A DNA stretch of 64,000 nt from an uncultured delta proteobacterium (GTDB lineage Bacteria > Desulfobacterota > Binatia > HRBIN30 > BPIQ01): the NCBI GenBank assembly GCA_963761335.1, contig CAVXGR010000012.1, positions 192,001 through 256,000 of the forward strand, read 5' to 3'. The position numbers were made by a program, and so were the translations under genes. The notes beneath the pieces were generated by a model, which searched no databases, was not told the origin of the DNA, and worked only from the letters and a program-made list of their open reading frames with translations. This document shows, piece after piece, positions 1-10,976 of this stretch; position 1 is the first letter of the stretch, and the number at the start of each line of letters is the position of its first letter.

Positions 1-2
1 GC

Positions 3-626
3 GGCCGCGCCCACGGCCTGCGGCGGGTCCTCTTTGCCTCCTCGGGGGGCGCCATCTACGGCGAGCAGGAGACCTTTCCGGCCCCGGAGGAGCATCCCAC
101 GGCACCGGTGAGCCCCTACGGGGTCAGCAAGCTGGCGAGCGAGCGCTACCTCCATTTCTACTCGGTGCAGTACGGCATCCGCTACGTCGCCTTCCGCTAC
201 GGCAACGTCTACGGTCCCCGCCAGGATCCGCACGGCGAGGCCGGAGTGGTCGCCATCTTCACCCAGAAGCTGCTCTCCGGGCAGCAGCCGGTGATCAACG
301 GCGATGGGCGACAGAGCCGCGATTACGTGTTCATCGGCGATCTGGTGCGCGCCAATGTCGCCATTCTCGACAACGATTACCAGGGCCCGCTGAACATCGG
401 CACCGGCCGCGAGACCGACGTGAACCAGCTCTTCCACGCCCTCCAGGAGGTGTGCGGCACTTCCTTCCCGGAGACCCACGGCGAGGCCAAGCCCGGCGAG
501 CAGCGCCGCGCCGTCATCGACCCATCGCGCGCCGAGCGCGTCCTCGGCTGGCGGGCCACCACCTCGCTGCAGGACGGCCTGCGGCAGACGGTGGCGTTCT
601 TCCGCGACAAGGCAGGACGCTCCTGA
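3..626 (+). CDS. NAD-dependent epimerase/dehydratase (GalE-like extended SDR), 5' truncated by window edge
   Basis: Frame is open from the window start: [17 protein letters not shown] (YxxxK), [21 protein letters not shown]. Confidence 0.9.
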   Translation, partial: GRAHGLRRVLFASSGGAIYGEQETFPAPEEHPTAPVSPYGVSKLASERYLHFYSVQYGIRYVAFRYGNVYGPRQDPHGEAGVVAIFTQKLLSGQQPVINGDGRQSRDYVFIGDLVRANVAILDNDYQGPLNIGTGRETDVNQLFHALQEVCGTSFPETHGEAKPGEQRRAVIDPSRAERVLGWRATTSLQDGLRQTVAFFRDKAGRS

Positions 627-649
627 GGCATCGCCTCGATGTTCCCTTC

Positions 650-2449
650 ATGGATACGCAGCTCATCCGCAACTTCTCCATCATCGCCCACATCGACCAC
701 GGCAAGTCGACCCTCGCCGATCGCCTGCTGGAGTTCACCGGCGCGATCAGCGAGCGCCAGCGGACGGCGCAGATCCTCGACAGCATGGACCTCGAGCGCG
801 AGCGCGGCATCACCATCAAGGCCAGCCCGGTGCGCCTGCGCTACCGCGCCCGCGACGGCAAGGAGTACGTCCTCAACCTGATCGACACTCCGGGGCACGT
901 GGACTTCTCCTACGAGGTCTCGCGCAGCCTGGCGGCGTGCGAGGGCGCCATCCTGGTGGTCGACGCCGCCCAGGGGGTGGAGGCGCAGACGGTCGCCAAC
1001 GTCTACCTCGCTCTCGACAACGACCTGGTGCTGCTGCCGGTGCTCAACAAGATCGACCTGCCGGCCGCCGATCCACAACGGGTGCGGGAGGAGATCGAGG
1101 AGGTCATCGGCCTCGACTGCAGCGGCGCGGTGCTGGCGAGCGCCAAGCTGGGGCAGGGGACGGAGGAAGTTCTCGAGGGCATCGTCCACACCTTCCCGCC
1201 GCCCAAGGGCAGGGCAGGGGATCCGCTGCGCGCCCTCATCTTCGACAGCTGGTTCGACCCTTATCACGGCGCCGTCTCCATGGTGCGCGTCTTCGACGGC
1301 GAGATCGCCCGCGGGCAGCGTATCCGCATGATGGCGAGCGGCAACCATTTCGAGGTCACCCGCACCGGGGTGTTCTCCCCCGTGCCGATGGAGGTGGACC
1401 GCCTCGGACCCGGCGAGGTCGGCTTCATCATGGCGGGCATCAAGGAGGTGCGCGAGACCAAGATCGGCGACACCATCACCACCGACGCGCGGCCGGCGGC
1501 GGCGCCTCTGCCGGGCTTCAAGGCCGTGAAGCCCATGGTCTTCAGCGGCCTCTACCCGACGGACACGCAGCAGTACGAGGTGCTGCGCGATGCCGTCGAG
1601 AAGCTGCGACTCAACGACTCGGCATTCACCTACGAGCCGGAGAGCTCGCTGGCTCTGGGCTTCGGCTTCCGCTGCGGCTTCCTCGGGCTGCTGCACATGG
1701 AGATCAACCGCGAGCGCCTCGAGCGCGAGTACGACCTGTCGCTGATCACCACGGCGCCGACCGTGGAGTACCGGGTGCACACCACCGACGGCGAGGTGCT
1801 CGCCGTCGACAGCCCGGCGAAGCTGCCGCCGGCACAGCGCATCGAGACCATCGAGGAGCCCTTCATCCTCGCCTCCATCCATCTGCCGGAATCCTGTCTC
1901 GGCAACGTCATGGCCCTCTGCGAGGACAAGCGCGGCCGGCAGCGGCATCTCAAGTACCTCGGCCGCAGCCGGGTCATGCTCGACTACGAGATGCCGCTCA
2001 ACGAGGTCGTGCTCGACTTCTACGACCGACTCAAGTCGGTGAGCCGGGGCTATGCTTCGCTCGACTACGACTTCCTGGAGTACCGCCCCTCGGAGCTGGT
2101 CAAGCTCGACATCCTCATCAACGGCGACCCGGTGGACGCCCTGTCGCTGCTCGTCCACCGCGAGCGCGCCTATCCCCGCGGCCGCGAGCTGGCCGAGAAG
2201 ATGCGCGAGCTCATCCCACGGCAGATGTTCGAGGTGGTCATCCAGGCGGCCATCGGCGCCAAGGTCATCGCTCGGGAGGTGGTGAAGGCCATGCGCAAGA
2301 ACGTCACCGCGAAGTGCTACGGCGGCGACATCACCCGCAAGCGCAAGCTCCTCGAGAAACAGAAGGAGGGCAAGCGGCGCATGAAGCAGGTCGGCCGCGT
2401 CGAGATTCCCCAGGAGGCATTCCTCGCGGTCCTCAAGGTGGGGGCGTAG
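650..2449 (+). CDS. lepA: Translation elongation factor 4 (LepA)
   Basis: [35 protein letters not shown] and C-terminal [25 protein letters not shown]. Start set at ATG 650. Confidence 0.98.
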   Translation: MDTQLIRNFSIIAHIDHGKSTLADRLLEFTGAISERQRTAQILDSMDLERERGITIKASPVRLRYRARDGKEYVLNLIDTPGHVDFSYEVSRSLAACEGAILVVDAAQGVEAQTVANVYLALDNDLVLLPVLNKIDLPAADPQRVREEIEEVIGLDCSGAVLASAKLGQGTEEVLEGIVHTFPPPKGRAGDPLRALIFDSWFDPYHGAVSMVRVFDGEIARGQRIRMMASGNHFEVTRTGVFSPVPMEVDRLGPGEVGFIMAGIKEVRETKIGDTITTDARPAAAPLPGFKAVKPMVFSGLYPTDTQQYEVLRDAVEKLRLNDSAFTYEPESSLALGFGFRCGFLGLLHMEINRERLEREYDLSLITTAPTVEYRVHTTDGEVLAVDSPAKLPPAQRIETIEEPFILASIHLPESCLGNVMALCEDKRGRQRHLKYLGRSRVMLDYEMPLNEVVLDFYDRLKSVSRGYASLDYDFLEYRPSELVKLDILINGDPVDALSLLVHRERAYPRGRELAEKMRELIPRQMFEVVIQAAIGAKVIAREVVKAMRKNVTAKCYGGDITRKRKLLEKQKEGKRRMKQVGRVEIPQEAFLAVLKVGA

Positions 2450-2513
2450 CCAGGCTCGATGGAATCGTCTAAAGTGGCGGCCTTCCCGCAGGAAAGGATC
2501 CCCTAGATCGATC

Positions 2514-3185
2514 ATGTCATTCTGGACAGGGCGAACACGGGCGGCGACCGCTGAGCTGCAGCGCCGCCATGCGGCGGCACCCAGCAAGACCAAGTCGGTC
2601 ACCCGCGAGTACATCGAAGCGCTCGCCGTCGCCATCGTGCTGGCGCTGTTCATTCGCACCTTCGTCGTGCAGGCCTTCAAGATTCCCTCCGGGTCGATGC
2701 TGCCGACGCTGCAGATCGGCGATCACATCCTGGTGAACAAGCTCTCCTACGGGCTGTGGGTTCCGGGTCTGGACGCGCGCCTGTTCGCCTTCTCCGAGCC
2801 TTCGCGCGGCGACGTGGTGGTCTTCATCTACCCGGTGGACCCCACCAAGGACTTCATCAAGCGCGTCGTCGCCGTGGGCGGCGACGTGCTGCAGATTCGC
2901 AACAAGCAGGTGTACGTGAACGGCAAGGCGGTGGTCGATCCGCACGCCTACTTCGCCGACGGCGAGGACGGCCGCCAGAGCTCGCCGCGCGACAACTTCG
3001 GGCCGGTGACCGTGCCGGCGCACCACATCTTCGTCATGGGAGACAACCGCGACCGCAGCTACGACAGCCGCTTCTGGGGGTTCGTCGACCTCTCGGCGGT
3101 GAAGGGACGGGCCTTCTTGATCTACTGGTCGTGGACGGACAACTATAAGATCCGCTGGGAGCGGCTCGGCGATCTGATTCACTAG
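2514..3185 (+). CDS. lepB: Signal peptidase I
   Basis: TM helix, IPSGSMLPTL (catalytic Ser), FIKRVV (catalytic Lys), GDNRDRSYDSRFWG; follows lepA. Confidence 0.97.
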   Translation: MSFWTGRTRAATAELQRRHAAAPSKTKSVTREYIEALAVAIVLALFIRTFVVQAFKIPSGSMLPTLQIGDHILVNKLSYGLWVPGLDARLFAFSEPSRGDVVVFIYPVDPTKDFIKRVVAVGGDVLQIRNKQVYVNGKAVVDPHAYFADGEDGRQSSPRDNFGPVTVPAHHIFVMGDNRDRSYDSRFWGFVDLSAVKGRAFLIYWSWTDNYKIRWERLGDLIH

Positions 3186-3231
3186 GCTTGGGGCCGAAAC
3201 CGGAGGATCGCGCCTCCGGCGTGGAGGGAGT

Positions 3232-5676
3232 ATGGGGCAGCGTATCGCAGGATTGGGTCTCGGCGCATGGCTTCTCGCCTGCGGAATCGCACTGGCGCAG
3301 CCGGCGTTCCGCACGGCGCCGTTCGAGAGCATCATCGGCGGCAACCCCGTCGCCGGCAAAGCGCTGGCGGACGTGGACGTGGACGGGAACCTCGATCTGG
3401 TGTTTCCCACCGCGCAGTCGCGCACCATCGCCGTTCTCTACGGCTTCGGCGACGGCGTCTTCGAGCTCCAGGTCGACTACGACGTCGGCATCCAGCCGAC
3501 GGCGGTCGCCGTCGCCGACGTGAACCACGACAATCGGCCGGATCTGGTCTCCGTCGACTCGACCACCAATCAGGTCTCGGTGCTCCTGGCCACCGGCCCG
3601 CGCCTGTTCGACACCGACAACCCGATCATCTTCGACAGCCCACTCGACAGCCTCGTCGGTGTGGTGGCCGCGCGCCTCGACGCCGATCAGAACCCCGACC
3701 TCGCCATCGTCGGCGGCGACCAGGACGGCAAGGTCGCCATCCTGCTCGGCATGGGAGACGGGACCTTCCAGGTCGCCCCCGACGGCGTCTACTCCATCGG
3801 CTCGACGCCGCGCTCGATCGCCGCCGCCTTCGTCAACGGCGACAACCTGCTCGATCTGGTGATCAGCAACCGCGACTCGGGAACCATCTCGACGCTGATC
3901 AACAGCGGCAGCGGCATCTTCCTCGCCGCCATCAACTCTCCGGCCGGCGACGCGCCTCTCGGGGTCGCCACCGGCAACTTCACCTCTGACACGAAGCTCG
4001 ACGTGGTGGTCGCCAATCGCAACGGCGACAGCTTCTCCCTGCTGGCGGGCACCGGCGACGGACACTTCGCGGCTCCGGTGAGCTTTCCGGCCGGGCTCTT
4101 CCCCAGCGACGCCGTGGCCGCGGACTTCGACGGCGACGGCCACATGGACGTCGCCATCGCCGACTATCTCTCCCAGGACGTCACCGTCGCCTACGGCGAC
4201 GGCAAGGGCGGCTTTCCGCGCCTTCGCTCCTTCCTCAGCGACGCCGGCACCACCGGCGTGCTGGCCGGCCGTCTGAATGCCGATACGCTGCCGGACATCG
4301 CGACCTTCAACGTCCTCGAGTCCGCCAGCTACGCGGTGCTGCTCGCCCGGCCCGGCGGCGGCTTCGAGGCGGAGGAGACCTTCCGCACCATCGATGACCC
4401 GACCCTGGTGGCGGTCGCCGACCTCACCGGCGACGGCCGGCCCGATGCCTTCGTCGCCAGCGACAACGATCATATGGCGACGGTGCTGATCGCCAAGCCG
4501 GGAGGCGGCTTCGCCGCCCACAGCTACGACGCCGGCGGCGCCTCGAACGGCGTGGCGCTCGCCGATGTCAACGGCGACTTCCACCCCGATCTGCTGCTGG
4601 CGCAGGGAATGAATGTGGCTCTCGCCATCGGCGACGGCGCCGGAGACTTCGGAGCGCAACAGACCCTCAACGTCGGACGCGCCGTATCGAACGTCGCCGT
4701 GGGTGACATGAACGAGGACGGCATTGCCGACATCCTGGTGAGCGAGAACACGGCACAGAGCATCGGCATCTTCACCGGCAAGGGGGACGGCACCTACAAC
4801 GACGTCGTCCACCGCACGGTGCAGACGGGGGGCAGCGATCAATTCTACCCGCTCAGCCTCCTGGTCACCGACCTGGATCGCGACGGACATCTGGACGTCA
4901 TCGCTCCGAACTTTCTCGATCCCGACGCCGGCGCCATGATCGTCCCCACCATCTCGGTGCTCTACGGCAACGGCCAGGCCGACTTCTCGCAGCGTCTGGC
5001 CCTCGCCTCGACGCGGCGGCCGATGACGGTGGCGGTGAGCGACGTCGACAATGACGGCCTCCCGGACGTGATCAGCCTGAACCAGGACTCGCCCAATGGG
5101 CTGCTGGTGTTCCGCGCCACTGCCGAGCGCGCGTTTCAGGCGCCCCCCGGCTTCGGCGCCACCTTCAGCGCCGGCAGTGTGCCGGCCGCCCTGGCGCTGC
5201 GCGACATCGACGGCGACGGCATCCGCGACCCACTGGTGGCGGATCAGGTGAGCGACCGCGCCGTCCTCCGCCTCGGGCGCGCCAACGTGCAGATCTTCAG
5301 CGGCACGGTCGCCGCCTGCCCGGATGCCCCGTGTCTGTCTGCCGGCCGTACCCCGGTGGGCATCGCCGCTGCCGACTTCGACGGCAATGGCACCTACGAT
5401 CTGCTCACCGTCAACCGCGGCGGCGGCAACGTCGCCCTGGCGGTGAACCTTCTCGACAGCTCCGTGGTTCGCGGCGACGGCAACGGCGACGGGCAGGTGA
5501 GCGTGGCGGACTCCATCGCCGTGATGCGCGCCCTGGCGGGTGGCGGCAACGGCCGTGCCGTGGAGGATGCCGTGCGCGAGGGGCTGGCGAGCAATGTCGG
5601 CGCCGATGCCGACGGCGACGGGACGCTCACCACCTCCGATGCCATCGGCGTCGCCGGGCACCTCTTCGGAGGCTGA
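3232..5676 (+). CDS. Secreted FG-GAP/VCBS repeat beta-propeller protein with C-terminal dockerin-like domain
   Basis: Signal peptide; many DxDGDGxxD Ca-binding repeats; C-terminal GDGNGDGQVSVAD...ADADGDGTLTTSD duplicated loop. Confidence 0.85.
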   Translation: MGQRIAGLGLGAWLLACGIALAQPAFRTAPFESIIGGNPVAGKALADVDVDGNLDLVFPTAQSRTIAVLYGFGDGVFELQVDYDVGIQPTAVAVADVNHDNRPDLVSVDSTTNQVSVLLATGPRLFDTDNPIIFDSPLDSLVGVVAARLDADQNPDLAIVGGDQDGKVAILLGMGDGTFQVAPDGVYSIGSTPRSIAAAFVNGDNLLDLVISNRDSGTISTLINSGSGIFLAAINSPAGDAPLGVATGNFTSDTKLDVVVANRNGDSFSLLAGTGDGHFAAPVSFPAGLFPSDAVAADFDGDGHMDVAIADYLSQDVTVAYGDGKGGFPRLRSFLSDAGTTGVLAGRLNADTLPDIATFNVLESASYAVLLARPGGGFEAEETFRTIDDPTLVAVADLTGDGRPDAFVASDNDHMATVLIAKPGGGFAAHSYDAGGASNGVALADVNGDFHPDLLLAQGMNVALAIGDGAGDFGAQQTLNVGRAVSNVAVGDMNEDGIADILVSENTAQSIGIFTGKGDGTYNDVVHRTVQTGGSDQFYPLSLLVTDLDRDGHLDVIAPNFLDPDAGAMIVPTISVLYGNGQADFSQRLALASTRRPMTVAVSDVDNDGLPDVISLNQDSPNGLLVFRATAERAFQAPPGFGATFSAGSVPAALALRDIDGDGIRDPLVADQVSDRAVLRLGRANVQIFSGTVAACPDAPCLSAGRTPVGIAAADFDGNGTYDLLTVNRGGGNVALAVNLLDSSVVRGDGNGDGQVSVADSIAVMRALAGGGNGRAVEDAVREGLASNVGADADGDGTLTTSDAIGVAGHLFGG

Positions 5677-5679
5677 ACG

Positions 5680-6114
5680 ATGCTCGCTGAAGCGCAGCTG
5701 CAGCAGGATCTCACCGCGGCCATGAAGGCTCGCGACATGGAGACGGTGTACGTCCTCCGCGGTCTGCTCACGGCGATCAAAAACTTCAAGGTGGAAAAGC
5801 AGGTGCAGGAGGTGCCCGAGGCCGAGCTGGCGGTGCTGGTGCGCAAGGAGATCAACCGTCGCGACGAAGCGATCGAGTTCGCCCGCAAGGGCAACCGCGA
5901 CGACGTGGTCGCGGAGAACGAGCGGCAGAAGGCGGTCCTCGACCGCTATCTGCCGCAGCAGCTCTCCCGCGAGGAGCTGGAGAAGGCGGTCGCCGACCTC
6001 TCCGCCGAGCTCGGCACCACGGCCATCGGCCCGCTGATGACCAAGCTGCGCGAGCGCTACCCAGGTCGGTTCGACGGCAAGCTCGCCAGCGAGATCATCC
6101 GCTCCCGGCAGTGA
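5680..6114 (+). CDS. GatB/YqeY domain protein
   Basis: LTAAMKARD...RKEINRRDEAIE...YLPQQLS...GRFDGKLAS pattern, 144 aa. Confidence 0.9.
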   Translation: MLAEAQLQQDLTAAMKARDMETVYVLRGLLTAIKNFKVEKQVQEVPEAELAVLVRKEINRRDEAIEFARKGNRDDVVAENERQKAVLDRYLPQQLSREELEKAVADLSAELGTTAIGPLMTKLRERYPGRFDGKLASEIIRSRQ

Positions 6115-6246
6115 GGGGGCAGGCTCCTTTTCGGCGGAGAAGGGCGGGGAATGAGCTGACCGCCCGCCGCGCCGAAAAGGTGCCTGTCCCCCGGCCGCGC
6201 TCTCACGTCGCTTGCCGCGGCGCCGGTCACTTGGCAACATGCGGCT

Positions 6247-6468
6247 GTGCCCGGGTTGCTGCGAACCATGTCGCGCACCTGCGTGTGGATGGGGATTGCC
6301 GCGATTGTCTCGCTCTTCGCCGCGCTGTCGGTGATGTTCCTGATCGCCGACACTCCACAGATCGACCGCTGGTTCCTTCTCTCCTCGGCAGTCGCCGGCA
6401 TCAGCTTCCTCGGCGCCATTGCCGTCTCCCTGGCGGAGACCCACGTCTCGCCGCCCCGCGAACCGTGA
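6247..6468 (+). CDS. Small two-TM membrane protein, hypothetical
   Basis: Two hydrophobic segments; co-oriented and fills the gap before the ABC permease; start uncertain. Confidence 0.55.
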   Translation: MPGLLRTMSRTCVWMGIAAIVSLFAALSVMFLIADTPQIDRWFLLSSAVAGISFLGAIAVSLAETHVSPPREP

Positions 6469-6502
6469 ACGGCTCGAAAGGCGCCGGAGGTCTGCCCGGG
6501 CG

Positions 6503-7420
6503 ATGAGAGCGGCGCTGAGCCGCATTGGCTGGAGCGCGGTGATCCTTCTCGGCGTCACCTGGATCACCTTCGTGCTCACCTTCGTGATTCCGGCGGACCC
6601 GGCGCGCACCCTCGCCGGCCCCAAGGCCGATCGCGCCACGCTGCAGCGCATCCGCCGCGACATGGGGCTGGATGCGCCGCTGGTGGTCCAGTACGGCCGC
6701 TATCTGCGGCGGCTCGCGCGCGGCGATCTCGGGCGCTCCTACGTGACCCGCCAGGACGTGCTCGGCGCCATCGCCGAACGCCTGCCGGCGACGGCGGTGC
6801 TGGCTCTGAGCGCCCTCGGCATCGCCGTCGTGCTCGGTGTCGGCGTCGGCCTGTGGACGGCGGCCGCCGCGGCTTCCTGGGGCGACATCGGCGTTCTGGT
6901 GGCGGCGCTCCTGATCCTCTCGCTGCCGGTTTTCTGGCTGGGGCTGATTCTCCTCTACGTCTTCGGTTACTGGCTGCGCCTGCTGCCCCTGGGCGGCTTC
7001 GACTCCGCCGCCAACGTCCTCCTCCCGGCGCTCACGCTCGGGCTCGGCAGCGGTGCCTACTACGCGCGCCTGGTGCACACCAATCTGCGCCAGGTGATGC
7101 GCAGCGACTACATCCGCACGGCTCTGGCCAAGGGTGCCGCACCGCTCACCGTCTACGGCAAGCACGCCCTGCGCAACGCCCTGCTGCCGCTGCTGACCCT
7201 GGTGGGCCTCGAGCTCGCCGGGTTGATGAGCGGCGTGGTGCTTACCGAGACGGTCTTCAACTGGCCCGGTCTCGGGCGCCTGGCGGTCGACGCCGTGTTC
7301 AACCAGGACATCCCCATGATTCTCGGCACGGTGCTCTTCAGCGCCGTCCTGGTGATCGCCGCCAACGTCGCCGTGGATCTCCTCTACCTCGCGGTCGATC
7401 CGCGCATTCGCCGGAGCTGA
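6503..7420 (+). CDS. Peptide/nickel ABC transporter permease (DppB/OppB family)
   Basis: PADPAR...MGLDAPL...GDLGRS, YIRTALAKG...HALRNALLP, ETVFNWPGLG. Start ATG 6503. Confidence 0.93.
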   Translation: MRAALSRIGWSAVILLGVTWITFVLTFVIPADPARTLAGPKADRATLQRIRRDMGLDAPLVVQYGRYLRRLARGDLGRSYVTRQDVLGAIAERLPATAVLALSALGIAVVLGVGVGLWTAAAAASWGDIGVLVAALLILSLPVFWLGLILLYVFGYWLRLLPLGGFDSAANVLLPALTLGLGSGAYYARLVHTNLRQVMRSDYIRTALAKGAAPLTVYGKHALRNALLPLLTLVGLELAGLMSGVVLTETVFNWPGLGRLAVDAVFNQDIPMILGTVLFSAVLVIAANVAVDLLYLAVDPRIRRS

Positions 7421-7424
7421 GGGG

Positions 7425-8243
7425 ATGAACCAGGTACGCCTGCGCGACATCGGCCTGCTGATGGTGGCGATCCTCGCAATCGCCGCCGTCTTCGCACCCT
7501 GGATCGCTCCCTTCGATCCCATCCGACCGGTGGCCGACAGCTTCGGCGATCCCTGGCCGCCGCAGGCGCTCCACTGGCTGGGCACCGACGAGCTCGGTCG
7601 CGACGTCCTCAGCCGCATCCTCTACGGCGCGCGCATCTCCATGCTGGTGGCGCTCTCGGCCACCGCCCTGTCCCTGGGCATCGGCGTCACCATCGGCATC
7701 ACCGCCGGCTACTTCCGCGGCGCCGTGGACACGGCGCTGATGCGCTTCACCGACGTCTTTCTCGCCTTCCCGGCCCTCCTGCTGGCGATTGCCATGGCCG
7801 CCCTGTTCGAGCCCGGCCTCCTCAAGATTCTCGTCGTCATCGCTCTGGTGAGCTGGACGGCAATCGCGCGCAGCGTGCGCAGCGAGGTCCTGTCGCTGCG
7901 CGAGCGCGACTTCGTCCTCGCCGCTCGCGCCCTGGGCGGCGGGTCGCTGCACGTGATGCGCCACCATCTGCTCCCCAACGTGGTGCCGACGGTGGTGACC
8001 ATGGCGGCCCTCAGCACCTCGGGAACCATTCTGCTCGATGCCGGGCTGAGCTATCTCGGGCTGGGGGTGCCAGTGCCGACGCCGAGCTGGGGACGCATGA
8101 TCAGCGACTCGCAGAGCTACTATCGCGTCGCCCCGTGGCTCGTCGTCTTTCCGGGTTTGGCAATCGCCTTCGCGGTGCTCGCCTTCAACTTTCTCGGCTA
8201 CGGATTCCTCGCCGCCTTCGAACGCGACCGCGAGGGATCGTGA
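7425..8243 (+). CDS. Peptide/nickel ABC transporter permease (DppC/OppC family)
   Basis: HWLGTDELGRDVLSRILYGARIS, FVLAARALG...HLLPN, PTPSWG. Confidence 0.93.
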   Translation: MNQVRLRDIGLLMVAILAIAAVFAPWIAPFDPIRPVADSFGDPWPPQALHWLGTDELGRDVLSRILYGARISMLVALSATALSLGIGVTIGITAGYFRGAVDTALMRFTDVFLAFPALLLAIAMAALFEPGLLKILVVIALVSWTAIARSVRSEVLSLRERDFVLAARALGGGSLHVMRHHLLPNVVPTVVTMAALSTSGTILLDAGLSYLGLGVPVPTPSWGRMISDSQSYYRVAPWLVVFPGLAIAFAVLAFNFLGYGFLAAFERDREGS

Positions 8244-9820
8244 GCCGCCGGCGCATCCGGCATCTGCTCGCGGCGCTCCTCGCAGGTCCGCTGTTGGCAC
8301 CGTGCTCGTGTCGCCATTCGGTGGCGCCGCCTCCCCCGGGAATCCTGCGCACGGCCGACAGCCAGGACGTGCCCACGCTCGATCCGGCGATCGGCTACGA
8401 CACCACCTCCTGGTACTTCGAGCAGATGCTCTACAGCACTCTGCTCGACTACGACGACGAGAATCATTTGGTGCCGGAGCTCGCCAGCCGCTGGGAGGAG
8501 AGCCCCGACGGATTGGTCTACACCTTCTTCCTGCGCCCGGGGGTGCGCTTCAGCAACAGGCAGCCGCTGCGCGCCGCCGACGTGAAGTACTCGATCGAGC
8601 GGGTTCTGCGCCCGCAGACGCGCTCGCAGGGGGCGGAGTTTTTTGCCGGCATCGAGGGCGCCACCGCCTTTGTCGAGGGGCGGGCGGACGGCGTGGTCGG
8701 CATCGAGGTGCTCGACGATGCGACGCTGCGTTTTCGGCTGACGGCCGTCGATCCGCTCTTTCTCCACAAGCTGGCGATGCAGTTCGCCGCCGTGCTGCCG
8801 CGCCAAGTGGCCGAGGCGGAGGGGGAGGACTTCGGCGAGCATCCCGTGGGCTCGGGGCCTTTCGTCCTGCTCGAGTGGAAGCGCGGCCAGGTGCTGCGGC
8901 TGCGGCGCAACCCAAACTACTTCCGGCGCGGCTTGCCGCGCCTCGAGGGAGTGGACCACCTCGTCGGCGTCAACGAGCAGCTCGAGTGGCTCAAGTTCGA
9001 GTCCGGCGACATCGACGTCGCCGCCATCCCCGCCTCGGAGTTTCCCCGCGTCATCCGCGACCCGGCCTACCGCGGCCGGCTGGTGTCGATCACCTCGATG
9101 ACCACCAACTATCTCGGCATGAACTGCCAAGTGCCGCCATTCAACGACGTGCGCGTACGCCAGGCCGTCAGCCTGGCCATCGACCGGCACAAGACGCTGC
9201 GCCTGATCAACGACCGCGGCCGCGTCGCCGTCGGTATCCTGCCTCCGGGCATGCCCGATTTCCGCGCCATTCCGGCCGCGGCGGATCACGATCCGCAACG
9301 CGCCCGCGAGCTGCTGCGGCAGGCGGGGGTGCCGCAGTTCGACACGGAGATCTGGACGCGTACCGACGAGACCATGCTGCGCCTGGCGCAATCGTTTCAG
9401 CAGGATCTCGCCGAGGTCGGCATTCAGGCGCGCATCAAGAACCTCTCCTGGGCATCCTTTCTCGAGGCGATTCGCCGGCCGGGTCTGGTGCCGCTGTACG
9501 CGCTCGCCTGGCAGGCCGATTTCCCCGACCCCAGCAACTTCCTGGAAGTTCTCTTCCACTCGCGCAACATCGGCTCCAACAACAACGCGTTCTTCTCCGA
9601 TCCCACAGTCGACCGCCTGCTCGATCAGGCGGCACAAACCGTCGACGCCGCGGCGCGGCTGGCTCTCCTCGACGAGGCCCATCAGCGCATCGTCGAGCAG
9701 AAGCCGTGGGCGCTTCTCTACTACCCGATCACCTACCAGGCGGTGCAGTCGCGGGTGCGCAACTATCACCTCCACGCTCTGCGCCCGCCGCGTCTCGAAG
9801 AGGTTGACGTCGGGGGGTGA
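8240..9820 (+). CDS. ABC transporter substrate-binding protein, family 5
   Basis: TLDPA, PELASRWE, YTFFLRPGVRF, PVGSGPF, PFNDVRVRQAVSLAIDR. GTG 8240 overlaps the upstream stop. Confidence 0.92.
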   Translation: MSRRRIRHLLAALLAGPLLAPCSCRHSVAPPPPGILRTADSQDVPTLDPAIGYDTTSWYFEQMLYSTLLDYDDENHLVPELASRWEESPDGLVYTFFLRPGVRFSNRQPLRAADVKYSIERVLRPQTRSQGAEFFAGIEGATAFVEGRADGVVGIEVLDDATLRFRLTAVDPLFLHKLAMQFAAVLPRQVAEAEGEDFGEHPVGSGPFVLLEWKRGQVLRLRRNPNYFRRGLPRLEGVDHLVGVNEQLEWLKFESGDIDVAAIPASEFPRVIRDPAYRGRLVSITSMTTNYLGMNCQVPPFNDVRVRQAVSLAIDRHKTLRLINDRGRVAVGILPPGMPDFRAIPAAADHDPQRARELLRQAGVPQFDTEIWTRTDETMLRLAQSFQQDLAEVGIQARIKNLSWASFLEAIRRPGLVPLYALAWQADFPDPSNFLEVLFHSRNIGSNNNAFFSDPTVDRLLDQAAQTVDAAARLALLDEAHQRIVEQKPWALLYYPITYQAVQSRVRNYHLHALRPPRLEEVDVGG

Positions 9821-9845
9821 CGGATCGGGTTGGCGGGTTACTGAT

Positions 9846-10859
9846 TCACCGCGCCGGCGGCGCCGTCTGCACGCCCTGCTGGTTCATGCGGAAGATCAGC
9901 TCGGCGACGCGATCGGCGACCTTCAGCTTGGCCGCCAGGCGGGCGTTGACCTTGCGCTCCTCTTCGAGCTCGGAGCGCAGCCGGGTGTTCTCCTGCCGGA
10001 CCTCGGTGTCGCTGCCGCTATCGCTCGCGGCGCCGGTCATCTCCTTTTCGTCGGGCGCCACCGGGGCACTGGCCACCGGTGCGACCGGCAGTGCCGGGGC
10101 GTCGGAGGCAGCCGCTGCGCCGGCGGGCTCGCGGCGCGCCTGCTGCAAGCTCTGGCGCAGCTCGTCGCGCTGCTGCTCGAGCTCGGCGACCTGGCGGCGC
10201 AGCTCGGCCGAGCCGCCGGTGCTCGCCTGGAAGCGGGCCTTGCGCGCCGCCTCGGCGCGGCGCTGCAGATCCTCGACGCGCGCCGCCAGCTGGGCGCGCT
10301 CCGCCTTCACCGCATCGAGCTCGGCGCGCAGCGACGCGCTCGCCGCAGCCCCCGCGGCCTCGGCCGCCGCCGGTGCGGCGTCGCTCTCGGCGGCAGGCGC
10401 CGGAGCGGCAGGTGCGGGAGCGGTACAGCTCTCCGCCCGCGCCTTCAGCTGCTCGATCTGGGTTTGCAGCGCCTGGCGCTGCTCCTCCTGCTGCTTGAGC
10501 TCCCGCCGCAGCGAGGAATCCGAGGTGCGCAGAACCCTCAGGTCGGCGGAGTCCATCTTCTGACTGTGGGCCTTCGATCCGAGGTCGGCGCGCAGGCGTC
10601 GCTTGAGCGCCTCGCTCAGCTCGGTTTCGCGGTGGCGCAAGCGATCGACCTCGGCACGCAGCCGGGTGATCTCCTCCATGCTGTCGTCGAGAGCACGCTT
10701 GGTCGCCGCCAGCTGCTCTGCCTGCGGGTCGCCTTCCGCCGCATTCGCCGGCGCCTTCGCGCGTGTGGAGCAGCCGGCAAGCGCGCCCAACAGCAGCGCC
10801 AGGGCGAGCCCTCCAAGCAGACCAGCATTCCCCAACCCACTGCCGTTCGAGATCCGCAT
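9846..10859 (-). CDS. Coiled-coil lipoprotein, hypothetical
   Basis: Lipobox LAGC after a hydrophobic stretch; heptad-rich helices separated by Ala/Pro linkers. Confidence 0.75.
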   Translation of the reverse strand: MRISNGSGLGNAGLLGGLALALLLGALAGCSTRAKAPANAAEGDPQAEQLAATKRALDDSMEEITRLRAEVDRLRHRETELSEALKRRLRADLGSKAHSQKMDSADLRVLRTSDSSLRRELKQQEEQRQALQTQIEQLKARAESCTAPAPAAPAPAAESDAAPAAAEAAGAAASASLRAELDAVKAERAQLAARVEDLQRRAEAARKARFQASTGGSAELRRQVAELEQQRDELRQSLQQARREPAGAAAASDAPALPVAPVASAPVAPDEKEMTGAASDSGSDTEVRQENTRLRSELEEERKVNARLAAKLKVADRVAELIFRMNQQGVQTAPPAR

Positions 10860-10976
10860 CAGAGGAGAGCTTTAGTCGATTCCCGGCATTCGTGTCAAAG
10901 CGCTGGGAAAGGGGACGGTGCGGCACGGGGCGGTGCCCACGCGCGCCGGGCGTGCGGGAGCAGCGCTCTCGGGCAT

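Noticed and set aside
377..6663. Long antisense ORFs (377-2680, 3034-6663) and similar shadow ORFs across the window
   Set aside because: They mirror well-supported genes; stop-poor antisense frames are expected at high GC.
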